A DNA stretch of 54,743 nt, filler included, from Sphacelaria rigidula (Eukaryota), in NCBI GenBank assembly GCA_964200075.2. It is 4 parts of 4 records of this genome, joined end to end, with 100 filler letters (N's around TTAATTAATTAA, not from the genome) between each part and the next. Parts side by side here need not be neighbours in the genome. Positions count along the whole stretch, not along the records: positions 1 to 13,618 come from CAXNAA020002764.1; positions 13,719 to 27,327 come from CAXNAA020002765.1; 2 more parts are not named here. The stretch is one strand, 5' to 3'. Below are positions 12,501 through 26,200 of the stretch, in pieces. The position numbers and the translations under genes were made by a program. Position 1 is the stretch's first letter. Each line of letters opens with the position of its first letter. The notes beneath the pieces are model-generated. The model saw nothing but the letters and a program-made list of their open reading frames with translations. It was not told the DNA's origin and searched no databases.

Positions 12501-13522
12501 GCATCTCGCACGGCCTGCTTGTTCTCAATGGTCCTGCCTTCGTCGTACAAGAGCCTTGCGGCGTCCTTAACGCTGAACGCGTAGCCGTCGGGCAGTACCG
12601 CCAGCGCCAGGTAGAGGTCAAGATTCAAGCTTCCCGCTTGCTCGAGATACGCCAAACCAGCGCGGAATACAGCCACCCGCCGCTCCTCGACATCACACAA
12701 CCGGTCTTCCTCTCCCTCACCCTTCACAACAGCTAGCTGCTCCCGAATTTTCGAAGCCGCATCCCACCACGGGTCGTCATCGTCACCGAAGCTCCGGCGG
12801 TATCGACGGCGGCGCAACGGTCCCCATCTCCCGATGAACTCCACATCCAATACGAGCCGGTTGCACAGCTTGATAATCTCGCCGGCAGAATCGGGCAAAC
12901 GTTCCCCTAGCTCGAGCCTCGAAGCGTCGCGAAGCAATGTTTCCGCGTGCCCTTGAGACAGCTCGTCTACTTCTACCGGCTCGCCTTCGGCATCCACGAC
13001 AAGCTCAATGTTCCGGGTCGTCATGAGCACCCACATTCCCGTCTTCTTCAGCTCGGCGACCACTTCGCGATCGCTTACATTGTCCACCACCACAAGACAC
13101 CTTAGTCCTCGACCGCCGTGGAGGGCATCCATCCGCCCCTTGACGTAACCAGCGAGGTCCTCCTCGGCAGTGGGTGCCCGGCATATTCGACCCATGACGT
13201 CCTCGTGTACCGCCTTTGCCAGCTCCAGCATTAGAGGCGAGATATGACTGCTGGACTCGCCGGCGCAACTGTTCGTGGACAACCATACCATGCCGTCCGA
13301 GAAAAACTTGAGTGCTTCGATGTTTTTGACAACCTGCGCGGCTGCGGTGGTTTTTCCCGCCCCACTGGGACCCACGAGAGCTACGACCCGCGGGTCTGAG
13401 CCGCGCTGGAGCGCACTGCATACTGCAGAAACGAGGCCCGCCCGGTTCACGTGCCAGTGCTTTCCAACTGGGGCGCCCTCGGGTACTCTCGCTTTATCCA
13501 CTCGTGGTTTCAACAGGCCTTC
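3393..13522 (-). CDS. NB-ARC (STAND NTPase)-TPR protein, brown-algal NLR-like family; partial gene model, at least 1356 aa over 5 exons
   Basis: Exons 13522-11399, 11012-10809, 10415-9819, 9501-8485 and 3518-3393 have GT..AG boundaries and join in frame (all phase 0). P-loop GPSGAGKT, Walker B CLVVVDNV, RNBS-B-like VLMTTRN and MHD-like MQD are followed by about 18 42-aa TPRs (LHELGxC...AE..FRRAL.I.EAKLG). Start and stop exons were not found. Confidence 0.9.
3984..4350 (+). mobile_element. tRNA-derived SINE-like element (second copy, intronic)
   Basis: Colinear with 1968-2336 (GACGGTTG..TCGTGGGTTCAAAT, ACAGTGGAGAGCGAC, GAAGGTGGAG, CAAGAYAACA end). Confidence 0.6.
6787..6892. repeat. Inverted pentamer microsatellite (GTACC)n/(GGTAC)n
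   Basis: GTACC runs followed by GGTAC runs, forming a potential hairpin. Confidence 0.7.
8485..9501 (-). CDS. NB-ARC-TPR exon (8 TPRs, 339 aa)
   Basis: AAAG|GTC to CAA|GTGAGT; encodes VELTLHDLARC...LGKEDIQ. Confidence 0.88.
9819..10415 (-). CDS. NB-ARC-TPR exon (TPR, 199 aa)
   Basis: CACAG|GCT to CAG|GTGCTT; encodes ARRFAEAEAFLRRAL...MGPQDVQ. Confidence 0.85.
10809..11012 (-). CDS. NB-ARC-TPR exon (TPR, 68 aa)
   Basis: TTGCAG|TGC to GAT|GTGAGG; encodes CLEIQEAKLG...ELGRCALD. Confidence 0.85.
11399..13522 (-). CDS. NB-ARC-TPR exon: NB-ARC domain and first TPRs
   Basis: 708 codons; acceptor TAG|GAA after a poly-C tract; donor CAG|GTATGC. Confidence 0.9.
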
Positions 13523-13618
13523 CTACTCGATCGAGTTTTGGGGGGGGGGGGGGGGGGGGACGCAAAAAGAGTGTGGAGAGACCCTCCAAAACAGGTTTTG
13601 GGCCTAGTAATTCCGAGG

Positions 13619-13718
13619 NNNNNNNNNNNNNNNNNNNNNNNNNNNNNNNNNNNNNNNNNNNNTTAATTAATTAANNNNNNNNNNNNNNNNNNNNNNNNNN
13701 NNNNNNNNNNNNNNNNNN
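13619..13718. other. Artificial contig spacer
   Basis: N44-TTAATTAATTAA-N44; the core gives stops in all six frames. Confidence 0.95.
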
Positions 13719-16700
13719 CCCCCCCCCCTCCCCCCTCCTCCCGAAGGGCAATGGAAAATTGTCATGATTTCCGACATTTTTTTGTGTTGAAATCGCTGCA
13801 AGGAAATTGATCGACAAACACTGACAAGAACCGAAAACTCTGGCGGACTTTGCGAGATTTGCTTCTGCTCCTTGCCCACCCTGTCCCGATGACTCGGATG
13901 CCGGCAACGCTCACACACATCCAAGTACAATACACGAGCGCACGGTAGCGACAGCCTCTAGCCAAAGTAGCAACATGATCTCATGCCTCGCCAAATTTTC
14001 CCGGACTACCAGTGGCAGGTAGTCGAGGCACACGACGCGGAACATGATCCCATAAATGTATTCATGATAGGTGATGAGCTTGGAGGGGCGGTGTGCCCGT
14101 CATCTCAGCGGTCTCCATGCCAAGGATCTCTGTACACGGCAGCCGACCGCATCCGCTAACGCCTCGGCAATAAACTAGGGGATAGCGGGCTGAGTGCCCC
14201 CCCCCCCACCCCCAGAAACTCGAATTTTCGATCTTGGGACCTCCATGTCCTGAAATATATTTTGGACAGACCCTTGTTTGAAGTGAAAATATCATGAAGA
14301 GAACTGTAGCCTCCCCACCTGGCTTACACCATTTCACCATCCTGATACGTGTCACCACAACTGCTGGAGACCCCCTTTTGCTGTACGCTACAGCATGTCT
14401 TCTTGCCAACACGTGTCTAGTACAGCGTGGGTACTGCTGCTCAGGGGGCACATAAGAGCGTGGCGTGCGACTAAAAACATAGAGTTACACTCAAGCAAAA
14501 CAAAACAAAACAAGAAATCAAATCTTGTGTATCGGGCGAAGAGAAGCATCGACCACGACTTGGAAAACATGGCTCTGATGTCGTTTGTTTACAACAGCTG
14601 TGTGTCGTGTGTCTAGAGCAGCAGGGGCTCCGCAACAGCTGCTGCACTGCCACTGTACTGTGGGGTACACAACCGCTACTCTGGCCGAAACCGCCCTAAT
14701 AAACCCCTGAACCGACAACCGTCCGGTTTAGCGGTCATACAACCGCTAAACGGGGTACGACGGTGCCAGCCGAACCTTGATTCGCGAAACCGGGACCAAC
14801 CGCTAAATCGGGACCTCTACTGTTTATGATCATGATCCGCACGATAATTGGCCTGGTTGATACGTCATCGATCAAGCCATTCCCCACCAAACACCAAAAT
14901 GCCCTCCTCGAACGGGAACCTGTTTTCCCCATACAAAACCTATTTCGCCGACCAGACACGAAGGGGTCGTCTTTTGCACCTGTTCGTGTGACACCGATTG
15001 TGACTGCATGGGCTACTCTAGCAAGTGTGCTTGCCATCTCTGCTGACTTTCAGTACGATGTACTCTCGCTTTGTGCACGTGCCTAGATGAAAAGAGCAAA
15101 AACCACAACGCACACTATACACTATACATAATTGTAGGAGACCGAATCATAGACCCAGGAAGAAGAGTGCAGTATGAGTACAAAACACGGTTGGCAGTTG
15201 TAAAAAGTTTTGTAAAAACCTCTTGATTTGCCGCCTGGCGTTATCTTCAAAGATCGCCGTCTGGCGTTATCTTCATTAATCGCCATGGGAAACAAAAGTC
15301 CACGAACGGCTGGCAACGGCGTCGGCACTGTGATAAGTTTTGAGACAGACACGTATATCTCACCCATAATAGAGACTACATACATCCAGCCTTGCGGAGC
15401 ACAAGAGGGTACATCTGCTTTTCCCTGATGATATCATACCTCAATTTATTAGTATGCGTCGAAGGCCCTCTGTGCAGTATGGGGTACGCGTATGGGGTCA
15501 AAAAGAGGAGGGGGCGCTTTCACGCTTTGGTCGTGAGAATGACTGACAAGGGCATTCTCGGAAATTCATGATGTTGAACCGACCCTCATCCTAACCCTGA
15601 CCCCGACCAAGGCATACGAGAGCCCTTGGGCAAGGGTGGTGCAGATTTTGCTAGAGAAAGTCTGCGTTGGCAGATCTCAACGGCGACGATTTGGACAAAA
15701 ACGTCCTTGAAAAGCTTGGAGGACTTGGGATTGTCTGTCAGCCACTCTCAAGATCTACAGATCCGAATATCGGTGTTCAGTCTACAATCAAGTAATCAAC
15801 CATCATTACGACCAATGCGTAAGCGCTACTAAAAAAGATACAGCGCCCAGCTGGCTGATGATGCAGAACATGAACAGACGCAGACTCTAGAGTCACTCAA
15901 TGATTGCTATGGATGAATCAGCAAAAGCGATGAATAGCGCCAAGCTTCGACCAGACCCTTTTCAAGACAGCCAGGAGCGCCATTCAGAAGGAAACAGAGC
16001 GCTGAATAAACACTGATTTCAAACAGGCAGAAAGAAGACAATCGACGCATCTTTCCTCCAAAACGTTACGTTTATCGAGAACGTCCGTGATGCGTGTGAG
16101 TACGTGGACCAAAAAAAAGAGTCGGCGCTTACATCTTTCTGCAAGGATACCACCCTTCGTTCGCTGCTAACAGACAGCTCAACAACCCGAAGTATAGATG
16201 CTCAACCTCGCAGGAATGTGTTCTCACATTTTGATATGTCGGGGCAGGGGACTATAGATCAGTGATGTTCTCTTGTGCGTGCGTCTGCTGCTGATGGCAA
16301 ATGCTGCCTGTAGATGCTTGGGTCAGAAGAGATGTTGTTCCTACGTCTTTTAGTTCACCACACACATATATTTTTCCCATCACCACGTATCAGACCCGTT
16401 GAAAAGTGACATTAGCACGAATCCGAAAACGTTTGTCTTCACGGTTTGCGGTAGAGTCATTGCGTGGGAAACGAAGCTCTCATTCAAGATAGGTTTAGAA
16501 AAATGATAGATTATTTCATCATTAGCTGCTACGCACACGTATGAGAAATTGAGCCAAGACTAGGGATTGACCAGAACACATGATATTCTGCTTCGATCAA
16601 CAGGTCTGATTGACATCATGTTATCAAATATGTCTTGTTTTTGGGAAGCGACTAGCATTTCATACCCAGAGAGGCAACCAGGGCCGGAGGCGACGTCTCC

Positions 16701-17161
16701 GGCACCACACGCCTTTAGGAAAAGTAGCCGCACAAGCAATACATCCACACGATTCGTACCTGGCTGGTAGTAGACAATCGACCGCTTCGCAATCACCCCC
16801 ACCAGCTGAGGAGAGAGACGACAGGTCTTCAAAAAGAAGAAAAGCTGAAACTGCCCGCCTCGAGAAACACGTTGTGCCAGGCAGGGAGGGGTTCGCCGAA
16901 AAAACAAACCGACGAGTAAAAAAAAAATAGTGCAGAGCAGGAGAGAGGTGGTATTCAAAATACGAGATACCAGCTTCCACCGCGTAGAAGTAACGAGACA
17001 TCAGCACGTGCGGCAAGAGAGCCAGCGAGGGAACTATCCTCACGGCCGTCAGAAGGGACGGGGAATACAGAGAAGCAGACGGACACAGGTAAAAGTCAGC
17101 AACCGTGGCGCGCGGCAACAGAATTTGGAGGCGGGGGCGTCTCAGGGGTACAAAATTCATC

Positions 17162-17222
17162 ATGGGGCAGCACAACTCCAATTTTGAGCTTGCCAGCGAG
17201 GCGCGGCAGGCGGCCGAAAGAT
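17162..17222 (+). CDS. EF-hand/CDPK7-like exon 1
   Basis: ATG GGG CAG...AGA T|GTGAGC; the phase-1 join with exon 2 gives F-DECEIK. Confidence 0.75.
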
Positions 17223-20200
17223 GTGAGCTTTTTTTTCTCCAGAGATGGAGTTATGTACCAGTAGCTCCTCTGTGATGCTTTTTCATCTTTTACCCAGAGT
17301 GGGTCGCCTCAGGGGTGAATGAGGGCATATGCTACTCTAGGCCCATGCATGTGTCTTATTGTTCCTTTGGTGTGCGTGTTTGTTTGGGGATGCGTTTCCT
17401 GTTCCGTGAGAACTGCGTCCCTTGCTCTTTTCGTCCAGCTTTTTTGCCCCAGCAGGGCTCTGTTCTCCATCTGTCTGTGTTTTTCGGGTGCCTTCGTTTT
17501 CGTCCATGGTTGACTTTCGACGCTGTCTCTTCTGCCTTCCGTCCGTGGTTCGAGCCGCTTCGACTTCACTTCCTCACTCTACTGAACAGCACGCCAACAC
17601 TGTTGTTGTACTGCATCTTGACCGTCCTGCGTTGTGTTACTCGCTGATTAACCGCCCGGAGTGTGTTACTTACGGATCATTACGTACACCGGCACTAGAG
17701 TACCCGTGCAGCACACTGCAGGACACAATCGCCCGCTGCACGGCATGCAAGTCCCACTACCTGAAAATGAAACGCGCACTTTGTATTTGTTCGGCCGGTA
17801 AATGCATGAACACTGCCTCTCTTCGGCACCCATCTCCCGACCGTCCCTTGTTTACCCTCCTGGTCCTAACCGGCACTTGTTTGCGGTCGGATTGTTGACC
17901 CCGCGTGCAGACAGTTATAGTATAGGCTACAGTTTAGTGTAGGCACTGCCATGAAGGAGTGTGGTGATTCCCGATTGGTTTGGGAATTTACTTGAAATCG
18001 CCAAGGGAGGGAGGGGTACATATACTACAGGAGAGGGCCACTTTCGTGTCGAGCTGCCTGCTGTGCACGCGTTGCGTGCGTATGCGGGCGGCTACTATTC
18101 CCTCGTGCTCTCGTTGAGTGCTGTGTGCTCAATGCCATGGTGCAGTACATCATTGTAATGCGGAAAGTCGGTAGCGATTAACCAGCGCATATAGCCAGCC
18201 TAGTTTCGATGTTTGACACCATTTGACCCGACCCGTCTTTTATTTGTCGAAGAAGTGACACAATAATCTCGCATGCGTGTGAGAGGCATATGAGACGTAT
18301 GACTCGGGCGACGTATGTAATGGGGACACAGATTTGTACTCGCTACCGGTAACAGACAACAGTGTTGGTTTGAAAGGTTGTACTAGCCTGCTCACTGACG
18401 ACCCTCTTGAACGTAATGCTGTGTCCAGCCGTGCAAGCCTAAATTCATGCGGGAAGGACAGTCGGGGACAAACGCACGGCAAACACAGTACAATAGTTGC
18501 AGTCCAGTCCGGTAGTGCGTACAAAAGCGGTCTCATATCCGATGAAACCGTAGAGGAACCTCTCTGACTTTATTATGTACGTGTGGCAATCCTCAATTGA
18601 TGTGCTGAGCTGTTGCTGTTGTACCGCACTACTGTGTGCGGTTCCATATACTGGTCACCCATGCCTAAAGTAAACAACATTTCTATTCGATATCGGCTAT
18701 GGGATGACTATCCCTTTGCCCCCCGTCTATTCGCCCCCCTTCCTGGTTATCCCCCACTCTATTATAGAAGGTGTCGGTTTCCCGTTTTCCTCCATCCCTG
18801 ACAGCAGTCGAGACACCAAAAACAGGTTCCGCCGGCAAGTGAACGACACGTACCCAAAAAAGAATGCGGATGATAGCTGCAACCTAGATCACTTTCGGAC
18901 CTCGAGGTTGAGTCGAGTACAGACAATATTTTGTTCAAACCTGTGCCCTGAAGTGAGCCGGCACGCAGGAAGCCGATTTTTCAAGCTCAAGTACAGGAGT
19001 TTAACGGCTTTTGCCCGTGTGAAGGCCACTGACACAGCCCCATGGTTTCACCAAACGCTTCCGTACCTCGCCTTGACTGCGAGTATACGAGACTCAGATA
19101 GGAGAGGCATTCGTCCTGTTCATCTTCAACTGCAACTTTCACCTTATGAAGTACTAGGAGTATTTGTCGGCCATAAAATCCTTACTGCACACTGTAATGT
19201 TGTCTGTAATGGCTGGGATCTCGCGTCATTTTTTTTTCTTCTGTTTTTCAATCTGTTTTTGTCTTCCTGTTGGTCCGTTACCCCACAACAACGGGCAAAA
19301 GTGGCGATGAGAGGAAGGTCCTGTTGTTGGCTCTGTCCTGTGATGTACGCGCGCACGCTGACAGTCTTGTGCACCGCATTGAAAGAAAAACTGTGCGATG
19401 CTGCTTTGCAGCAACGAGGCCGCCCGAAATCTTGAAACCTTGTATTCCCCCCCCCGCCGCCGCCTTCTCTCTGTACTTTTCCTATCCCTGTTTCTCAGAC
19501 GTCTCTCGGTAAAGTTTACTCAATCGCGGGGTATTTTGAAAGTCGTACTTGAAGTACACAAATTGGGGGTACGGTTTTAGGGACCGCTTTCCAGCTATTT
19601 TCTATTTTTGGGTACGCCTCCTCACCCTCTCCCCCGATTTGAGTACCTCTAGTTGTTGTTGTTGGTGGTGGTGTCTTCACATGAGATACCGTTCCGATAT
19701 ATGCGCGGTAAATTCGTACTGGGCATCTGATGCGGACGCTTTCCGTGCTCACAGGCTAGCTACCTGTATACCCGCAATTGAGTATACTCTACTCAACCTG
19801 CCCTTGGATCCTTTGTACTTGGAACTTCTGTGGAAGTGTCGACTTGGCAGCAGGCTGCTACGTTCATCTTGGGTAGCATTCGTGTCTCGTATCCGTGCGA
19901 GTAACCCGAACCCCTAGTATTCATCTCTGGGATAAAGCAAACATCGCGTAATGATGAAACCACAAGTCCACGCGAGTCGAGAGTTGATCGCAATGCTAGC
20001 ATCGCGTATTCTAACCTTTTGACTTGCCAGGTTGGGTGGGTCAACATGGTGAATCAGCGTCATTTTCGTTTGGAGATATAGTAACGCCCAAGACACAGAT
20101 GCCCTCTCTCGCGGTCAAAAAGTCAAAGCTTCCGTACATGACATAGTCTACCCCACAGACCATCATAAAATCAAACCATTTACGTGTTCACGAAAGTACA

Positions 20201-23200
20201 GAAAACGTGCCGCGAGAAGTTAACGCTTGGCTCGCTCAGCGTCGAGTCTTATACCATCAAGCCCGGTTCAGCAAGAGCGGAAGGGATGGAAGCAGCAAAG
20301 CGAACTAGGGTCTCGATAATAGTCTTATGGGGGAGAAAGTTCAATTTTGATTACAATAACAACCCCTTCCCACCACCTACCCCCACCCCCTTTTCAGGGA
20401 TTCCCGTACAGTAGGTACCCCCTGCCTTCTGTCTCCTCTCCTGTATCCGTTATCTCGAACTTTTTCCAAGACGGCAGTAAAGACACAACAGCGGATACAA
20501 GTGCCACTTCCAACTAAATGGACTTTTACAGCCCCTTCTGCTCTTTGCCGTACCATCAACCTCAAGCTTGGCATTCCTGAGCGCTTGGTTATTCTCAATC
20601 CGATATGCACAATACAGAGGATAAGAAAACGTTGTTTTTGCCATTTCACAGTGCAAATATCTCAGGAAATAAAGTGTAACGAAAAATTACTTTCCCCTCC
20701 GTCAAATGTGGTATTTCGATGAGATGTTTTTTTTTATTGTGCACCCTGATCCTGAGATATGACAAAAAGTGTTTCCCGAAACTGCCTATCTCCTGCATTG
20801 TGGGCGTATAGACGGGCACACGGACAACAGTCGGTATCTGCCATGTTGAAGATGGCGCTGTTGTTGTGACTGTACTACACAGTACAGTAGCACTACATTA
20901 TGCACTACTGTGATGGTGTGGTACGATCAAGCCCATGGCGTGGTGCTGTACTGTCGTGGTATTGTTGTTCCTCTACCCGTGTACGTGTATCCCTGTCGTT
21001 GCACGTGAGGGCGTGGTATGGAGGGTGCCCTTCTTGTGGCGCATGCGTAGAAAGTCATGACACATATCCAGAATCCCTTGAATCCTCTCACCGCAAGGGT
21101 GGGTGACGTGCTGAACAGGCGTCATTCCACTATCAATAAAACAAAAACTGTAGCACCCATATGGCCTACGATAGAGACGACAGGGTTGATTGAACGGTGT
21201 GTTGCAATACCTATCGATCGCGAAACTGTGCAGTGGGTGGAAACAAGGACGACAGTCACCCTGATCTACACTTCCTAACGTTCTTGACCGCTTTGTACAG
21301 TAGTGGGAGAGGGGAGGGGGGCACTGTAGGGGGGTATGTTGCAAGCTAGACTTGGCAGCCTTCGAGTGGCACTTGTACTTGGCCTTGAAATGGATTGGAC
21401 CCTGCCTACGGAACGATTAATAGTATGAGCCGATGTCCGCAACCGGAAAGTGGAGCTTCCCTTAGAGAAGATACCACCTTGAGGCCGCTTCTTATGACTA
21501 GCGATAAATTGTGGTAAAATGCGTTTTTGGAGCTTCTACGCCGTTTGAAACCCTGAGAGAGATGGGCGGATTTCAATACCCTGGAATGCCTTGCTGTACT
21601 CTGTAGTCAAAACCCGCCTATTAGTAGCTCTCCTAGAGGGCTTCAAACAACGTAAAGGCTCCTGAAACGCTTTTTTTTATTTTGCTTCCCATAAGAAGCA
21701 GCCTGAAAGGGAGACGTAAAATGCCCAAGTCTAGTCCACGGCGCCCCACCATTTATATAACCTTCTGTTTTGATTTTTGTATGTGACTGCCCCTGCAGGA
21801 AAGATCCGCAAAAGTATTTAGGACAAGCATCCTCCCCCCTCCCCCCCTGTCACGCCCAATTTTTTTTGCTTGACTCGGCCCTTGCTTGCCTTCATTTGCC
21901 GTCGTCGTGGTTTTCGTGTGTGATTGTTCGTCCTTTTCTTCCCGAAATTGTGCGGGGTACACACACACGCACGTGCACAGTTGACGAATGTGAGATCAAG
22001 GTCATCAAGGAAACCTTCAAAGACTTGTGCCATCTCAAAGGGGGATCTGCGCGCATCGATAAGGAGACGTTCTTACAATATTTTCCACTTCCTGGCTTAT
22101 TAGGAGGTGAGGTCGGCGCCGTTTAACGGCCGTGAAGGGTTGGGCCATAGGGTCCCGGAGTTTCGAAGGTGTTTGGTTCGGAGGTGATTCACGCAAATAC
22201 GGAGGATTTCGGGTACCTGGGATAGAAGCCCGAAAACTTGAGAATTTGATTCGGACTTGTGACGAGTGATTTTGACAGCACTGTGGTAGGACGCCGGCCC
22301 TGAGAGAACCTCCGCACTGTGACGGGACCGCCGCTGTAGATTAATTGTGAACATCTCTAACCTCTTTGTCCCTGTCATTACTCTCGTGTGCTTGGAAAGA
22401 GCGATTGTTCGCGGTGTTCGACAAGAAATGCTCGGGGGAAATAGACTACGAGGAGTTCGTGTGCGGACTGGCGGTCACGTGTCGGGGAAGCTGGGAAGAG
22501 AAGGTACGCGTGTCTCATTTCTTTCTTGCGCGTCTGGAGTGTGCGTCTCACCCTTCTTGCGTTTTCCCACGGTGTATTATCCTTTCCGAACGGTAGAGGA
22601 GGGGGAAGGGGATTATTATCCCCTTATGCTGTGAGGCGAGGGAGGATGGTGTATGTGTGTGTTCGTAGTTGTGTGTGTTCATGTCTTTTTCGACCTGGCT
22701 TAGCGCAGGACTGGTGTTGTCTAGTGTGGCGACACATCACGTGGAATGTGACCCGGGTGCTGGTCTTGTTTCCGGAGAAAGCCTGCTACTGTCGTCGACC
22801 CACAGTGTATTTAAACGGTCGTGGAAATGGTGAACAATGCATCTTGTGAGTGTCTCGATTGCTCCCCTTTCCAGTCACACCCTCTGTTGATTTGCGCCGC
22901 GACACTCGCTACCGTTGCCGCCACCGCCGCCGTTACTTGATCTAGGTGGAGTTCATCTTCAACATCTACGATGTACATCAACAAGGCGCCGTTAACCGCG
23001 ACGAGTTGGCCGCCCTCTTGAACCATGTGCCTAAGTCCATCATGCGCTTCGGCCGCGCGGCTAGCCTGGATGGCACCAACCACCACCACCACCAACATCA
23101 ACGCAATGATGGCCAGCAGCGCCGCTCCACCGCCCCCGTGCGGCATTCACCGCCATCTAGCACCGGCACAGCGCCGGCAGTCTCTCGTGGCGATGGTTTT

Positions 23201-26200
23201 GACCGGTGTTCCCCCGATAGATCTTCAAGCGGCACGGGGGTCAGCGTAGGGGCGACCGCGATAGGCGGAGGAGTTGGGTTGGCGGGTGACGTTGCAGCTG
23301 GCGTGACGGCGGCGGCGCCACTATCGAGAGATTCGTCGGATGATAACCTGGCGACGGCAACTGCGCCGGAGGCGGCGGAAATAGAGGGCAAAGACAACGC
23401 ACCGTTGACATCTGGTAACTTGATGCAACTGCATCTTGCCTCGCTTTCTCAATCTCAAAGTGGGGAGGAGAGCACCACGTCACCAGCGGCGGCAGTTGCA
23501 GGGGCGACTGCTGGGGCGGTGGGGGCTAGCCCCCCGGCGCCGATGCCGGGGTCGTCGTCCGTCGAGGAAGCGGGAAGCGGGGGCGGGGGAAGCAGCGGGG
23601 AAGTCTCGGGGGATTCCGAGCGGTCATCGCCGGTGGGACCGTTGTCATTATCGCCGACGGGACCGTTGGCCGCATCGTCGCCGTCGGCCGGGGGAGAAGC
23701 AGCTCCGCCGAGCTGCAGCGCCGTCATCGAAGCGGCGACGGCAGGCACAACTGCTAACGGTTCCGGAGGTGGCGGCGGCAGTGGTGTCTGCGGTTACGAA
23801 GGTGGCAGCGCAGATTCCTGTGGGGACTGCGGAGCGTGTGCGGCGGCGCATGGCGCCGGGGGCCTGCCGATGACGAGCAATGCGAGCACCGGCGGAGACA
23901 CCGAGATCATACACACGGTTAGCGGTGGTGGTGGCGGAGGTGCTGTGTCTCCCTCCGGGGATGAGGTAGGTACGGCAGGGGGGGCAACAGAGTCGGAGAG
24001 GGGAGTCGGGGATAACCGCTTGTCCAGAAAGGGGGCTGATCGCGGGCGGAGAGGGGGCAGCAGAGGCAATGGCGCGCTGTTTGCTCCGGGGGAAAAAGGG
24101 AGCAGCCGCGGGGCTGGGCGGGAAGGGGCGGGGCGGGGTAGTAATACCCTACACTCGGACGCCTCGACTGATGACGGGACGAGCGCGGCAGCGCCGGAAC
24201 ATCCGTATCACGCTCACTGGGAAGAGTTCACCAACAATGATATCGTCGATCAGGTACGGAAGGTGGTGGCTTTTCTCCTGTGTGTGGCCTGTCGATCGCG
24301 AACATGCTCGAAGAAGAGAGGGTTTTGTTGAAGATGACGCATGGGCATCAATGGGCTCGAAATAGTCTGTACTATCTGTACATGTGCTGTCGCGAGAAAA
24401 TGATCATGACGCCTTCTTTTAGTGGGCTTTAGTCATGGTCTTTGTGTGAGTGTGTAGTAGACAAGGTTATTGCGGGACGTGTCTTGTTGGGACTTCGATA
24501 TGCAAAGTTTGATCGACATGGTGGTTTTAGTGTTTGATTCGGTGTAGCCAGGTGTTGTCATTTCCCTTTGTTAGCATGCTGTCATTCTCGCTGTTAGATA
24601 CGTACGTGCTTGTGGTGCATAGAAACAAGGGGGGATATTTCGAAACGCAGCACACAGCATAAGGTCGACTCCCGACATGTGTACAAAAATATGCTAGTAG
24701 GCAGCCACAGTTACGCCTCCATAAGGCAGAATTTTGTAGAATGGGTCCAGTGGGCTTTCTCACTTTGCGAGTGTACAAATTCACATGCGGTACTGTATCC
24801 CCCCTCCCCCCCCCCCCTCCTCCATCAGTGCCTCGTCTCGAAAGGGGTGCGTGGTCAATGGTCAAACGACTAAGGCAAGCAACAAATGAGTACGCCTCCC
24901 CTCCCGCCCCCCCCTCCATCTCTTGGGGAGGAAACGATGGTTATACTAGAAGATAGATGGTGGCCACAGACGGCGGAACAGGACGGCGGATAAGATGTGT
25001 GAAAGGCTTTTGTGCAATGTATGAGAGAAACGTAATGAGCGTCGGAATGTTGAATGTGGTTCTATTAGGAGTAGGAACGGTGCTCCGTATCTCGAAAGGG
25101 ATGCGTGGTTAATGGTCAAACGACTAAGGCAAGCAACAAATGAGTACACCCCCCCCCTCCCCTGCGTTGTCAATGGTCAAAGGACTAAAGCAAGCAACAA
25201 ATGAGTATGCCCCCCACCATACTTGCTCTCCACGTGACTGTGATTTGTCGTCTACATTTGGGGGGAGGGGGGGGCGTACTCATTTGTTGCTTGCTTTAGT
25301 CCTTTGAACATTTGGGGGGAGGGGGGGGGAAGAGAGTAAAAGTGACCCGAGAAGAAGCATCGAAGAGCTTGCTAGGAATCCATCACCCTGCAGCACTGCA
25401 GCGTTGTTCAATGAACATCTATCTTGTCCCTGTATACCGTGCCTCTGTGCCTTCGTGTTGATGAAAGGCTACGATAGCCGACATTTCCCGAAGCTGAATA
25501 GGACACGCATGCCTGGATACAAGCAAAATCGTCGACTTTTTTTTTCACCTTCCTCCCGGCGTTGTCCGTTCTCCCGCCTCGCTCTCTTCTCCCATTTTCA
25601 GGCGTTCGAAGACTGCGATCTAAATCACAACGGGAAGCTGAGCTTTAATGAGGTGCGTGGACGAAGACGATATTCAGTATACTATCGTAGGGTACGGATT
25701 GTATGTTGGTCGTCGGAGTGATGAACAAATCCAACCCCGTGTTTTTTTTTCGATCACGTGATGGCTGATGGTTTTCTCGTTCGCTGTAGTTGCAACAGAA
25801 CGAGGGGAAATACATCAGCCGTTATCTATTATATCGGGCCCATTGCTTCTCTATTCCAGGCCTCGCCTTCAAGATTTTCGAGTTCAGTATATTGCGGAAC
25901 TCATGAAGAGCCCACACTTGAGCAGATGATGCAAAATAATATGTAAACAGAAGTCGGATTCGGGCAGGGGGTGTATAATATTGTTGGGGACAAGAAAATA
26001 GCCGTCGCCGAGGGGTGCTTTCTACCGTGAATTCGAGGGTAACATCGACCGTTTCGGCGTAAAAAGTACTAGTAGCAATACGTCTGGATTAGTCAAAGGT
26101 TTTCCCGGGATTTTACAAATGTGCATTATATATATATATTATATGCCTTCAGTTCCTCGGATTGGCAGTGCAATATTTTCAATGGGCACCTCCGATTTGG

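Noticed and set aside
15600..16260. Coding-like stretch near the start of contig 2 as missing NB-ARC 5' exons
   Set aside because: Interrupted by stops, no recognisable motif, and separated from the gene by an artificial spacer.
24857..25312. Repeated motif of about 40 bp as a CRISPR-like array
   Set aside because: Spacing is irregular, one copy is inverted, the context is a eukaryotic intron and there are no cas genes; it fits TE termini better.
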